Virus record (IMG/VR): IMGVR_UViG_3300032330_000853
Coordinates: 1 to 48,720 of that record
DNA: 48,720 nucleotides
Source: a virus
Lineage: Duplodnaviria > Caudoviricetes
Direction: 5' to 3' (one strand)
Shown: positions 1 to 9,084 of the stretch, piece by piece
Numbering within the stretch: the first letter of the stretch is position 1
Layout: the number at the start of each line of letters is the position of its first letter
The notes under the pieces: model-generated
Told to the model about the DNA's origin: nothing
The model's input: the letters and a program-made list of their open reading frames with translations, nothing else
Databases searched by the model: none
Translations under genes and position numbers: made by a program

Positions 1-1
1 T

Positions 2-451
2 GCAACTTGGACTGCAAACAATTTAGAACTTCCTTTAGCATGTATTCCTGGATTTGCTTCTGATAAAATAAACAATCTTGCACGTATTTATTATAATGAA
101 TGGCCACCAGAAGTTAATGATGTGATTGAAGCAGCACATGGATTTAAAGAATTATATCTTGAAGGTGATTCATATGGTCAAATTACTATAGATTCTTGTG
201 TATATGATCACGGTATTAAACCACCTACCGCTATTTCTTTAGATGTAGAAGGAAGCGAGTGGAGAGTTCTTGGTGGTGCGGAAAAAGTTTTAAAAGAGCA
301 TAAACCTAAAATTTGGTTATCTGGTCATCCTGAGTTTATGATACAACAGTGGAATGAATATTTATATGATTTAAGAAATTTTATTAAAGACATTGGTTAT
401 ACAGAAACATTTATTGATTATCAACATGAGGTCCATTTCTTTTATGAGTAG
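2..451 (+). CDS. FkbM-family SAM-dependent methyltransferase (5'-truncated by window edge)
   Basis: Frame is open from position 2. C-terminal FkbM signature TIDS...ISLDVEGSEWRVLGGA..LKEHKPKI. Confidence 0.85.
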   Translation, partial: ATWTANNLELPLACIPGFASDKINNLARIYYNEWPPEVNDVIEAAHGFKELYLEGDSYGQITIDSCVYDHGIKPPTAISLDVEGSEWRVLGGAEKVLKEHKPKIWLSGHPEFMIQQWNEYLYDLRNFIKDIGYTETFIDYQHEVHFFYE

Positions 452-1064
452 CATTGTCTTTTGCCCACATACAGATGATGCAATCTTTTCTTTAGGTGAT
501 TACATTATTGATAATAATGATAATAAATTTACAATTGCTTCAGCATTTGCGGGCATTCCAACAGATGAAGTAGGGCATAAAAAACATACTATATTAAGAC
601 AAGAGCATGATAAGGCTTGCTCTATGATCAATGCTAATGTTATTAATGGTGAACTATTTGATGATGTTTACGGCAAACAAAATGAAGAAGATTTAAATAA
701 TTGGATAAAAAATATAATTAATGAATATCAAAATGTTTATATTCCATTAGGAATACATCATCCAGACCATGTTTTACTATCTGAAACATTATTTAATTTA
801 ATGAAAGATTTTAATAAAACATATTTTATTTATGCAGAACTTCCTTATAGAGTGTCATATCCAGATTTGTATAAAAATAGATTAGATAAATTTAAATCTA
901 TTCATGATTTAGAAAATATTTCAGTTAATTTTACTAAACATAAAATTGATGCAATTAAAACTTATAACTCACAAATTACTTTGGCTTCAAATCGTTCATA
1001 CATAGATGAAGATCTTATTGGCAAGTTAGTTGTAGAAGAAAAACTTTGGAAGGTTATAAATTGA
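444..1064 (+). CDS. PIG-L/LmbE-family N-acetylhexosamine deacetylase
   Basis: PHTDD metal motif, R.QE..A, HHPDH and YAELPY. ATG at 444 overlaps the upstream stop. Confidence 0.85.
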   Translation: MSSIVFCPHTDDAIFSLGDYIIDNNDNKFTIASAFAGIPTDEVGHKKHTILRQEHDKACSMINANVINGELFDDVYGKQNEEDLNNWIKNIINEYQNVYIPLGIHHPDHVLLSETLFNLMKDFNKTYFIYAELPYRVSYPDLYKNRLDKFKSIHDLENISVNFTKHKIDAIKTYNSQITLASNRSYIDEDLIGKLVVEEKLWKVIN

Positions 1065-1909
1065 TAAAAACATATTTATATTCTTTTGATGAAACTGACT
1101 GTGCTGCTGATAAGTGGGACTATGGTTTACTTAAAGAAATTTTTAATAAATATGAAATAGAACAAACAAAAGTAACCTCTATACCAAAAGTTGATCGTGG
1201 CTTTATTGTAATTCCTGGACCTCAAAATGTTGGTCATGAAGAATATATCAATGATGAAATACAAAACATATCTAGATTGGTTTTGTTTATAACGGGAGAT
1301 GAAGAAGGTATCTTTGATATAAGTAAAATTAATCATCCTAATGCTGAAATATGGATTCAATACCCTCATGAAAAACACAAAGAATATAATAAACTTCCAA
1401 TAGGTGTTCCTCAACATTTAAAACAATTTATTCCAGATTATCCTATTAAACATTATAATTTATATTTTGGTGGACAAATTACTCATTCAAGAAGACAGCA
1501 ATTAGCAAAGGCTATACAAACAATGCCAGATACCCTTTTTAAGCCTACAGCAGGCTTTGCACAGGGTGATGAACCAAAAGACTACTACCGCAACCTTGCT
1601 AGTGCTAAAATTGCTCCAGCACCTTCTGGCGCAGTTGTAATAGACTCTTTTAGATTCTTTGAAGCCATAGAAATGTTATGTCTTCCCATAGGAGATAAAG
1701 TTGATCCAAAAGGTAATGCTATTGATTTTTATAATATTTTGTTTGGAGATAACATGCCAGTAGAATTTGTTTCTACTTGGAATGAATTACGCTTTTTAGT
1801 TCCTGAATTATTAAATCAATATCCTAAAAATATGCATAAAGTGGTATGCTGGTGGATAAAGTATAAACGAGATCTTGGAATAAAAATTATGAGGCAAGTT
1901 AATGAATAA
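1061..1909 (+). CDS. Exostosin-like (GT47-like) glycosyltransferase
   Basis: YFGGQ..HSRR and Y..NLASAKIAPAPSG....SFRFFEAIEMLCLP resemble the GT47 C-terminus. TTG start overlaps the upstream stop. Confidence 0.65.
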   Translation: MIKTYLYSFDETDCAADKWDYGLLKEIFNKYEIEQTKVTSIPKVDRGFIVIPGPQNVGHEEYINDEIQNISRLVLFITGDEEGIFDISKINHPNAEIWIQYPHEKHKEYNKLPIGVPQHLKQFIPDYPIKHYNLYFGGQITHSRRQQLAKAIQTMPDTLFKPTAGFAQGDEPKDYYRNLASAKIAPAPSGAVVIDSFRFFEAIEMLCLPIGDKVDPKGNAIDFYNILFGDNMPVEFVSTWNELRFLVPELLNQYPKNMHKVVCWWIKYKRDLGIKIMRQVNE

Positions 1910-2663
1910 AGATGATGTAACAATTATATTGGCTACATCTGTATTGCCAAGTCATCCAAACACACATATTATTGATGAAACAATCAACTCTATTAGAGTT
2001 CATTTTCCTAAAAATGAAATAATAATGCAAATAGATGGATTACGACAAGAGCAAATGGATCGTGAAAATGATTATAATGAATATAAAAATAGAATTTTAT
2101 GGAAATGTTTACATGAATATGAAAATGTACTTCCAATAATTTTTGATAAACATAGCCATCAAAGTACAATGATGCGTAAAACTATTAATCAAATACAAAC
2201 ATCGCTATTGCTTTATGTTGAAGGAGATACACCATTAACACCAGATGTAGGAATTGATTGGCAAAAGTGTCTTGACTTAATTGAATATGAAAAAGCAAAC
2301 ACCATTCGTTTTCATTTTGAAGCATCAATTCCAGAACCGCATAATCACTTAATGTTTGGACTTGAAGATGGATTTATGAAAACATCCCAATGGAGTCAAA
2401 GACCACATCTTAGCAGGGTTTCATACTATAGAGACGTAATACTTCCTCCCCTTGAAGATAAAGTTTTTATTGAAGACACAACCCATGGAATAATTCAAGA
2501 TGATATTTCACCATATAATATTTTTTTTGAAGAAGGTTGGAACAAACATAAACTTTGGATATATCATCCAGAAGGAAGTATTAAAAGATCTTATCATTTA
2601 GATGGTCGTGAAGGTGGAAGAAAGTTTACATCAGATGATGATGTTTGGTTTAATAAACAATGA
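1902..2663 (+). CDS. GT-A fold glycosyltransferase-like protein
   Basis: VTIILATS, IIMQIDG, LLYVEGD (DxD-like) and C-terminal HLDGR. Coupled with flanking glycosyltransferases. Confidence 0.6.
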   Translation: MNKDDVTIILATSVLPSHPNTHIIDETINSIRVHFPKNEIIMQIDGLRQEQMDRENDYNEYKNRILWKCLHEYENVLPIIFDKHSHQSTMMRKTINQIQTSLLLYVEGDTPLTPDVGIDWQKCLDLIEYEKANTIRFHFEASIPEPHNHLMFGLEDGFMKTSQWSQRPHLSRVSYYRDVILPPLEDKVFIEDTTHGIIQDDISPYNIFFEEGWNKHKLWIYHPEGSIKRSYHLDGREGGRKFTSDDDVWFNKQ

Positions 2664-3697
2664 GAGTTGGTATTATTGCCAGATCAGATAATACTGGACT
2701 TGGAAATCAAACAAGAGAATTAGTTAATATGCTTACTCCAAATAAGGTTATGCTTATTGACTCAACTTCCTTTAACAAAAATAAACAACATCCAGAATGG
2801 TATCAAAAATATGAAACAATTAAAACAAATGGTTTTCCAACTAAAGAAGAAATTGTTTCTTTTCTTGAAAACCTTGATGTTGTTATAAGTTGTGAAACAT
2901 TTTATGATCAAAACTTTGTAAAGTATGCTAAAAGAAGAAACGTTAAAACAATTCTTCAATACAATTATGAACTTTTTGGAAATCTTTCTACGCCAGAACT
3001 CCCAGTAGCAGATTTTTTGTTAGCACCTAGCAGTTGGAATATAAACCATGTTAAAAAACTTTTTGGCAGTAAATCAAATGTTATGTACTTGCCACCACCA
3101 ACTAATCCAAGTACATTTATTAATGCTAAAGAAATAAATATGTCTAAAGATCACAATAGAATATTGCATATTACTGGTAGAAAAGCAGCAAAAGATAGAA
3201 ATGGAACGGATACAGTTCTTGAAATGTTGCGGTATTCAAAGGCTGACTATGAATTAGTTATAAGAAGTCAAAATGAAGTAGAAACTAATATAAAAGACTC
3301 TAGGTTAACAATTGAGATTGGTAATCCAGATAATAGGGAAGATATGTATGCTGGGTTTGACGCTATGATACTTCCTAGACGATATGCTGGTCTTTGTTTA
3401 CCTATGAATGAGTCATTGCTTTCTGGACTCCCAGTTTTTATGACAGACATATCTCCAAACAATGAAATACTTCCAGCAAATTGGTTGGTTAAATCTTCAT
3501 CGCTTGGTACTTTTAGAACAAAAGTTAGAATTGAGTTATTTGAGGCTAACAGAAAAGAGTTAGCGTTATGCGTTGACAATTATATTGGTCTAACAAATAA
3601 ACAGGATGAAAAAGAAAAAGCATTTAATATAGGATTTAACAATTTCTCTAATAGTATCCTTAAAGATAAGTGGTTAGAAGTTATCTCTCAAATTTAG
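2660..3697 (+). CDS. GT4/GT-B glycosyltransferase
   Basis: N-terminal GIIARSDNTGLG and C-terminal Y..FDAMILPRRYAGLCLPMNESLLSGLPVFMTD (Glycos_transf_1 motif). Confidence 0.85.
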   Translation: MRVGIIARSDNTGLGNQTRELVNMLTPNKVMLIDSTSFNKNKQHPEWYQKYETIKTNGFPTKEEIVSFLENLDVVISCETFYDQNFVKYAKRRNVKTILQYNYELFGNLSTPELPVADFLLAPSSWNINHVKKLFGSKSNVMYLPPPTNPSTFINAKEINMSKDHNRILHITGRKAAKDRNGTDTVLEMLRYSKADYELVIRSQNEVETNIKDSRLTIEIGNPDNREDMYAGFDAMILPRRYAGLCLPMNESLLSGLPVFMTDISPNNEILPANWLVKSSSLGTFRTKVRIELFEANRKELALCVDNYIGLTNKQDEKEKAFNIGFNNFSNSILKDKWLEVISQI

Positions 3698-4388
3698 TTT
3701 TTGATTTAAACTGTGGTCTAAGTATATTGGATATTATATATTTAGAAGAACTATCAGAACTTGATAAGTATATTGATTGATCTTGTTTAATATCGTGTGA
3801 CTTTGCTACCAATGCACCATTTAAATAAACTTTAACGTCTTCCATGTATGTTCCACCAATATTAAACATATTTCCATACATAGATCTCCACAAAAAGGTA
3901 TCTCTCTGTATCAATACTTCTTTTAATTTTTCTTTTTCCATTGGCATTGGAACATGTAGTTCATAATCAAGCGGATTATTGAAGCCTAGTTTTATTAGTC
4001 TTTCATATGTCATTCTTAGTTTTTTAGTATATGGAGACCTACCGTTTAATTTTTCATACAGTTCAACCTTTTTAAGTAATGGCAATCCATGAAAAGTATT
4101 TATTTGTGTAATAGGTTTTACTATATAAAAATCATCATTCATTAAAACAAAATTCTCATTTATATCTTTTGACTCTGATATTTCTTTTAAGTTTTCAAAA
4201 GCATTTCTATATTTATGAAAAACTTGGGAAACTTGAATAAAGTTACCTGTATACCAATTTGGTTTTCCACCAACAACCCATATGTTTGAGTCTGGGAAAG
4301 ACGATATAACAGATCTAATTGAATACTTTAACTCTTCATTATCTCCATCTTTACATATGTATACAAAATCAGTCAACTGCTTATCCAA
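3681..4388 (-). CDS. Stealth-like hexose-1-phosphate transferase (short form)
   Basis: DFVY, DNEELKYSIRSV and ENFVLMNDDFY match Stealth CR1/CR2-type motifs. Confidence 0.6.
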   Translation of the reverse strand: MDKQLTDFVYICKDGDNEELKYSIRSVISSFPDSNIWVVGGKPNWYTGNFIQVSQVFHKYRNAFENLKEISESKDINENFVLMNDDFYIVKPITQINTFHGLPLLKKVELYEKLNGRSPYTKKLRMTYERLIKLGFNNPLDYELHVPMPMEKEKLKEVLIQRDTFLWRSMYGNMFNIGGTYMEDVKVYLNGALVAKSHDIKQDQSIYLSSSDSSSKYIISNILRPQFKSKTKFER

Positions 4389-5263
4389 TCAATTAAATTA
4401 ATTTTTGGTTCCCAACCTAAAACAGTTTTTGCTTTTGATATATCTGCAAGAGTTTCCCTTGCCTCACCAACTCTTTCTGGTACATAGATTATATTTTCTG
4501 AAAACATTTTAGCAATTTCATTTACTGAATAATTTTTTCCAGTTCCTATATTAAATATTTGTCCAAAATATTTTGAATCTATATTGCTTGTTGCTGCCAA
4601 AATATTAGCATTTACAACATCAGAAACATGTGTAAAATCTCTTTTTTGTTTTCCATCTCCAACTATTGTAAGAGATTGATTATCTTGTTTTTGTTTACCA
4701 AAAAGCCCTATTAATGGTGCATATTGTCCTTTAAGTGGCTGTCTATCACCATAAACATTAAAATATCTAAGTGATATTGTTTGTAAATTAAATATTTTGT
4801 TATAGTTTAAGCATAATTTTTCACCATTAGTTTTAGATAAAGAATAAACATTTAAACAGTCATCTGTTTGAGTTTCAGTATTGGGAACTTGATTAAGTCC
4901 ATATGCAGATGATGTAGAAGAATAAATAAATCTTTTAATATTTGCCTCTTTAGAACATTGCAAAACAGTAATGGTTCCAAGGCTATTAGTTCTTATTGTT
5001 TCAATAGGGTCTAGCATTGTTGCCTGTATTCTTGCTTTTGCTGCAACATGAAAAACATAGTCAACATTATCATATAAGGGTCTTGTTTTTTCATAGTCAC
5101 AAATATCATATTTATAATTACTTGCTTTATCATTCCAATAAAACTGAGTATTAGAGTTTGATGATTCGTTATCAATAACAATAACATCATAATTCATTTC
5201 TATTAATTTATCAACAATATGCGAACCAATAAAACCTGCTCCTCCAGTAACTAATGCTTTCAT
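4373..5263 (-). CDS. NAD-dependent nucleotide-sugar epimerase/dehydratase (GalE/WbpP-like)
   Basis: TGGAGFIGSH, YSSTSSAYG, YSLSK (YxxxK), LRYFNVYG and RDFTHVSD. Confidence 0.93.
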   Translation of the reverse strand: MKALVTGGAGFIGSHIVDKLIEMNYDVIVIDNESSNSNTQFYWNDKASNYKYDICDYEKTRPLYDNVDYVFHVAAKARIQATMLDPIETIRTNSLGTITVLQCSKEANIKRFIYSSTSSAYGLNQVPNTETQTDDCLNVYSLSKTNGEKLCLNYNKIFNLQTISLRYFNVYGDRQPLKGQYAPLIGLFGKQKQDNQSLTIVGDGKQKRDFTHVSDVVNANILAATSNIDSKYFGQIFNIGTGKNYSVNEIAKMFSENIIYVPERVGEARETLADISKAKTVLGWEPKINLIDWISS

Positions 5264-5991
5264 TTTATTGCCTCCTCAATAGAAAAAAATGGTTTATAGA
5301 AGTCTTTATCTTTAATCATATTACTAGTTTTACTAATATGCTCTTTAAAATACTGATCTCTAATATCAGAACCATATCTAATAATCATATTATCATCTGT
5401 CACTTGTGCATAATATAGTAATTCATCAAAATTTTTTATTTTATATTTATTATTAATACTTACATATTTTAAAACCCTGTGCCAGTATTCTGTATCTGCT
5501 CCACATAATACGTTATCAAGATAACCAAATATACTAAAAGCCTTTTTACTAAAAAATGCATGTGCATGATTATAAATAACATCACCTGGTTTTGAATGCC
5601 ATTCTGGTGCTACATTTCCAATTTTTATTTGTGTATCTTGTAGTGCAAGTAAACTATCATTATCAAAAAAATTCATTATTTTTTCAAATCTTGTTGAGTC
5701 AGAAAAATCATCAGCATCATGTGTTGTGTAAACATCAAAATTTTGTTTTTCCATTAATTGAATTCCAGTATTTTTGCTATAAAAACAACCACCATTTTGA
5801 GTATTATTGATTAGTTTAACTTTATCATTGGCTAAATATTGTTCTATTTTTAACAATGAATTATCTGTTGAACAATCATTAATAATATATAGTTCAAAGT
5901 TTTGAAATGTTTGATTTAGTATACTGTTTATTGCTCTCTCAACCAGTTTTTCTTCATTGTATACTGGCAAGATAACTAATAGTTTTTTCAT
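5260..5991 (-). CDS. GT2 glycosyltransferase
   Basis: LPVYNEE, INDCSTDNS, HDADD and GADTEY. Start moved to ATG 5991 behind a GGAG RBS. Confidence 0.9.
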   Translation of the reverse strand: MKKLLVILPVYNEEKLVERAINSILNQTFQNFELYIINDCSTDNSLLKIEQYLANDKVKLINNTQNGGCFYSKNTGIQLMEKQNFDVYTTHDADDFSDSTRFEKIMNFFDNDSLLALQDTQIKIGNVAPEWHSKPGDVIYNHAHAFFSKKAFSIFGYLDNVLCGADTEYWHRVLKYVSINNKYKIKNFDELLYYAQVTDDNMIIRYGSDIRDQYFKEHISKTSNMIKDKDFYKPFFSIEEAIK

Positions 5992-6007
5992 TAATGTCTC
6001 CAAATTA

Positions 6008-6046
6008 TTAGAAAAGCGGGTATACATTTATTATATACCCGCTTCT
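6008..6046 (-). terminator. Intrinsic terminator hairpin
   Basis: Perfect inverted repeat AAGCGGGTATA (6014-6024) / TATACCCGCTT (6034-6044), followed by a T-run on the minus strand, just after the holin-like gene. Confidence 0.7.
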
Positions 6047-6060
6047 CATTTTAATACAAA

Positions 6061-6342
6061 CTACTTCTTAGCAGCAGCCTTCTTCTTTGCTGGAGCCTTC
6101 TTAGCAGGTACAATCTTGCTAAGTGCATCTGAAACAGCACCAGTATTTGGCAGTACGCCAAACGCCTTGTCATTAGGATTAAGTGCTCTCAATGCAACTG
6201 GTGCTAGAGCAGCAACTAGTGCAGCCCAAAGATCTTTAGGATCTGTTACGCCAGCCATATAAAGTGCAATTACAGCACCAAGAACAGATCGTCCGTATGA
6301 TGCAAGAATTGCTTTGTTTTTATCGTTTAGTATATTATTCAT
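6061..6342 (-). CDS. Putative holin-like membrane protein with Lys/Ala-rich tail
   Basis: Two hydrophobic segments, RALNPNDKAFG motif typical of actinophage holin-like proteins, and a PAKKAPAKKK tail. GGAGG RBS before ATG 6342. Confidence 0.6.
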   Translation of the reverse strand: MNNILNDKNKAILASYGRSVLGAVIALYMAGVTDPKDLWAALVAALAPVALRALNPNDKAFGVLPNTGAVSDALSKIVPAKKAPAKKKAAAKK

Positions 6343-6350
6343 TATTCCTC

Positions 6351-6509
6351 CTAGGATATAACTTTTGTTAGTATAGCGTAGCCAGACCATAGGCCTATTA
6401 TGCCTGCTACCCCAGCAAAAACTGGAGGTGCTGGTACTGGCAATTTGAATGCAGCAAATACAATGCCACATCCAAAACCTGTTAGTATTGAAAGCATTAG
6501 TTCTTTCAT
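6351..6509 (-). CDS. XapX/DUF1427-like small membrane protein (52 aa, missed by ORF track)
   Basis: Manual translation MKELMLSILTGFGCGIVFAAFKLPVPAPPVFAGVAGIIGLWSGYAILTKVIS contains the LPVPAPP..AG..GI.G signature. Confidence 0.8.
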   Translation of the reverse strand: MKELMLSILTGFGCGIVFAAFKLPVPAPPVFAGVAGIIGLWSGYAILTKVIS

Positions 6510-6510
6510 A

Positions 6511-6867
6511 TTATTCTGCAACCTTTTCTGGTAATAACTCTAGTAATTTTTTTGAGTGTTGTTCAAAACCATCTTTGTTTAATTGTTCTGCAACTTGTTT
6601 AATAGTTTTTTGAGAATTTTCTATATATTCAAATGCCCAATCACGAGAGTCAGATAAAAATTTAATAAAGTTTTCTTTATGAATTGAATCTTCATTTTGA
6701 TCAACATTATTAAATTTAATTTTGTTTAGATCTTCAAGCATTGTATATGCCACATATAATTCTGCCAAAGAAAAGTTAACCTTTTTTAATTTTTGCATTG
6801 CTGAAACATATCCTATTGCAAAAGAAACTGTTAGTGTTATAAAAAATATTAAAAGTCCTTTTTCCAT
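6511..6867 (-). CDS. Hypothetical membrane-anchored protein
   Basis: N-terminal TM segment and FIKFLSDSRDWAFEYIE motif. TACAAT -10 lies 6 nt before the ATG. Confidence 0.65.
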   Translation of the reverse strand: MEKGLLIFFITLTVSFAIGYVSAMQKLKKVNFSLAELYVAYTMLEDLNKIKFNNVDQNEDSIHKENFIKFLSDSRDWAFEYIENSQKTIKQVAEQLNKDGFEQHSKKLLELLPEKVAE

Positions 6868-6894
6868 AATTCTATTGTACTACATTCTCAGGCA

Positions 6895-7023
6895 CTATAA
6901 ATCCCAATCGTCATCATTTAGGCTTATGCCATCAAAAGATTTTGATATTGATGCAAACAAAGCAACACCAGATATAATAAAAATGCCAACAATGCTTATT
7001 AAGACAAGTAATCTTTTTTTCAT
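6895..7023 (-). CDS. Small single-TM protein (42 aa, missed by ORF track)
   Basis: MKKRLLVLISIVGIFIISGVALFASISKSFDGISLNDDDWDL. ATGA overlap with the upstream ORF. Confidence 0.55.
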   Translation of the reverse strand: MKKRLLVLISIVGIFIISGVALFASISKSFDGISLNDDDWDL

Positions 7024-7151
7024 ACTGCTACCAAATTTTCACATCTTGTACATGCATTATATTTTTTGCCAGTAAAGGGACAGGATCCAGCATCTATAAA
7101 GTTATGGTTTTTAATTTTACAAATAAATAAATTTAAGATTCTTTTAACCAT
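7020..7151 (-). CDS. Small Cys/His protein (43 aa, missed by ORF track)
   Basis: MVKRILNLFICKIKNHNFIDAGSCPFTGKKYNACTRCENLVAV (C-x4-H...C...CxxC). Overlaps both neighbours in operon fashion. Confidence 0.6.
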   Translation of the reverse strand: MVKRILNLFICKIKNHNFIDAGSCPFTGKKYNACTRCENLVAV

Positions 7152-7389
7152 GCCACTTTTCCTGTATTAAAAGTACGCTTGCACCAAGATCTTCTAAAGT
7201 TTTTTTGACTTCATTAAGATATCCATATACAACTGGCTTTGATTCTTCTGTCATGTTATTGTATTGTTCTTCATCAATAGTTACCTTTAAAAAAAACAGT
7301 TTATCTTCAACTTTAATATGAAATCCACCTGGACATTCAATATTGTTAAATGCATCCCACATTTCTTTTGTATAGTATGCCTTGCTCAT
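7144..7389 (-). CDS. Hypothetical protein (paralog of 7386-7619)
   Basis: Colinear similarity to the adjacent ORF. Confidence 0.7.
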   Translation of the reverse strand: MSKAYYTKEMWDAFNNIECPGGFHIKVEDKLFFLKVTIDEEQYNNMTEESKPVVYGYLNEVKKTLEDLGASVLLIQEKWHG

Positions 7390-7619
7390 TCTGTTACTGC
7401 CTCCCTTGTAACTAATACTATTGCACCATTTTGTTCTAAAGCATTCTTTAGGTTAACAACATATTGAAGTGCTTTAATTTTTTCATCATGAAACATTTTT
7501 ACAAATTGCTTCTCATCTAATTTTATCGTAAGAAAGTGTTCATTGTCAATAATATTAACGCCAAAACCTTTTGGTGGCTGAATGTTGTGCACAACTCTTC
7601 GCATAGATTCTGTATACAT
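7386..7619 (-). CDS. Hypothetical protein (paralog of 7144-7389)
   Basis: MYT..M......I.PP.GF...I.D...FL....DE..F...K..LE..GA.VL pattern shared with the neighbour. Confidence 0.75.
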   Translation of the reverse strand: MYTESMRRVVHNIQPPKGFGVNIIDNEHFLTIKLDEKQFVKMFHDEKIKALQYVVNLKNALEQNGAIVLVTREAVTE

Positions 7620-7822
7620 TATTTACGGCCCCATTGAATTTTATTCCAACTACGTTCATGAAAATAATATAAAATAGTTTTAGTTAATACTTCAAGCCCT
7701 GCAATTGATGCAGCAGTTATTGTTTTATGTGTTATAAAATATGATAAAACAAAAGTATCAATAGTTCCAATTATTCTCCAACTTATTGCTTTAATTGCAG
7801 ATCGTGATTTAGTTGCTCTCAT
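7619..7822 (-). CDS. DUF2061-family membrane protein
   Basis: RSAIKAISWRIIGTIDT...E..TK..LYYFHER.W.KI.WG signature. Confidence 0.85.
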   Translation of the reverse strand: MRATKSRSAIKAISWRIIGTIDTFVLSYFITHKTITAASIAGLEVLTKTILYYFHERSWNKIQWGRK

Positions 7823-8583
7823 ATGCCTAATTCTTTACGTTTTTGTGTAGCAGAAATAGCATGAATGTCTGCTCCCAAATCTACCTGCTCAATTTTGTAT
7901 CCTACATCTCTACCATAAACTATGTTTGTAATGTTTGGTAAACGCAATACCATTGCATCATCCATAAACTCATCTTTAGCAATATATTCCTTTACCTCAT
8001 CAAATGTAAGTGGATCTTTTTCACTTGTATTGTATGTGTTTCGGACTCCAAGCAATACCTGATTAGTTCTCATTCCAGCCTGCAAATACAAAGCATGGTG
8101 TCCTTCATGCCAAGGTTGATATCTTCCAAGCATCAAGGTTGTTGGAGCAGACCAATCGTGTAGGTTATACAATGATATAACTTCTGTTGCTTTTTCATAC
8201 GCATTTAACTCATGATTATTAAAAGCACAAGAATAGTTTTTTGGAACTTGCCACATTCTATTAGTGTCTTCAAAGCGTCCTTCTTCAATTGTGTTCATCC
8301 AGATAAGAATATCTGGCTTACCAAAAGCCTCACGAGTTTGTTCTGTCGGACAAACAAAGTCTACAATAACTGGAGCAACTCCTTGTTTAGCAATAAGTCT
8401 TGCCATCTCTCCCATGCGTCGTGCCTGCTCTATACGATCTTCTGGAGTAAACCCAAGATCAGAATTAACTGTTGCACGTATCTCATCTGCATTAAGATGT
8501 ATAGCGTTAATACGATCTTTAAGTGCTTTTGCTAATTCTGTTTTACCAGATCCAGGTAGACCAATTATTTGTATAATCATCAT
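7819..8583 (-). CDS. cysC: Adenylylsulfate (APS) kinase-like domain fused to an HxGH nucleotidyltransferase domain
   Basis: N-terminal GLPGSGKT, LNADEIR, DLGFTPEDRIEQARR and VDFVCP. C-terminal LGRYQPWHEGH and ISAT..R. Confidence 0.75.
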   Translation of the reverse strand: MMIIQIIGLPGSGKTELAKALKDRINAIHLNADEIRATVNSDLGFTPEDRIEQARRMGEMARLIAKQGVAPVIVDFVCPTEQTREAFGKPDILIWMNTIEEGRFEDTNRMWQVPKNYSCAFNNHELNAYEKATEVISLYNLHDWSAPTTLMLGRYQPWHEGHHALYLQAGMRTNQVLLGVRNTYNTSEKDPLTFDEVKEYIAKDEFMDDAMVLRLPNITNIVYGRDVGYKIEQVDLGADIHAISATQKRKELGI

Positions 8584-8864
8584 TACTCCATTGTCAATGC
8601 TTGCCACGTATTAGACCAGTCTTGTTTTGACTTATGCCTATTAAATTCCCTTGAAATTTCTCCACCTTCTAAGTATACCCCACCCCAAACACCCCACTCT
8701 TTTCCAGATATACCATTTGCAAAACATATTTTTTTAACGGGACATTGCATACAAACTTTATCTACTCCATTACGAAGTTCTAATTTGTCCTCATATTCTT
8801 CAAAATAAAGGTTTGTTTCAAGGCCTAAACAAGATGCCTCGTCTTTCCACAAATGCTGTTTCAA
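8583..8864 (-). CDS. whiB: WhiB-family Fe-S transcription factor
   Basis: Four Cys (ASC...VCMQCPV..IC) plus GVWGG. Confidence 0.92.
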   Translation of the reverse strand: MKQHLWKDEASCLGLETNLYFEEYEDKLELRNGVDKVCMQCPVKKICFANGISGKEWGVWGGVYLEGGEISREFNRHKSKQDWSNTWQALTME

Positions 8865-8866
8865 GA

Positions 8867-9076
8867 TTACTCCCTATACTTATTAGGGATATCCCAACCA
8901 TCACGACCAGGTTTGTAAACTTTGTGGACATACCACTTATCTTTTATTCTAATTCCATTGACTGATGTTTTAGCAACGTCTGATTCTTTTAAATCAATTA
9001 CGTCCCAACCATTCCACAATAGGTTATCATTTTTATTGACAATCTTTTCCATTGTGTTTAAACTTCTAATAAACAT
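8867..9076 (-). CDS. Hypothetical protein
   Basis: ORF with GGAG RBS, tightly packed between neighbours. Confidence 0.65.
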   Translation of the reverse strand: MFIRSLNTMEKIVNKNDNLLWNGWDVIDLKESDVAKTSVNGIRIKDKWYVHKVYKPGRDGWDIPNKYRE

Positions 9077-9084
9077 GTCTCTCC

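Noticed and set aside
6061-6471. ORF-track 136-aa version of the holin-like gene
   Set aside because: The N-terminal extension overlaps the XapX-like gene in another frame. The true start is ATG 6342 after GGAGG.
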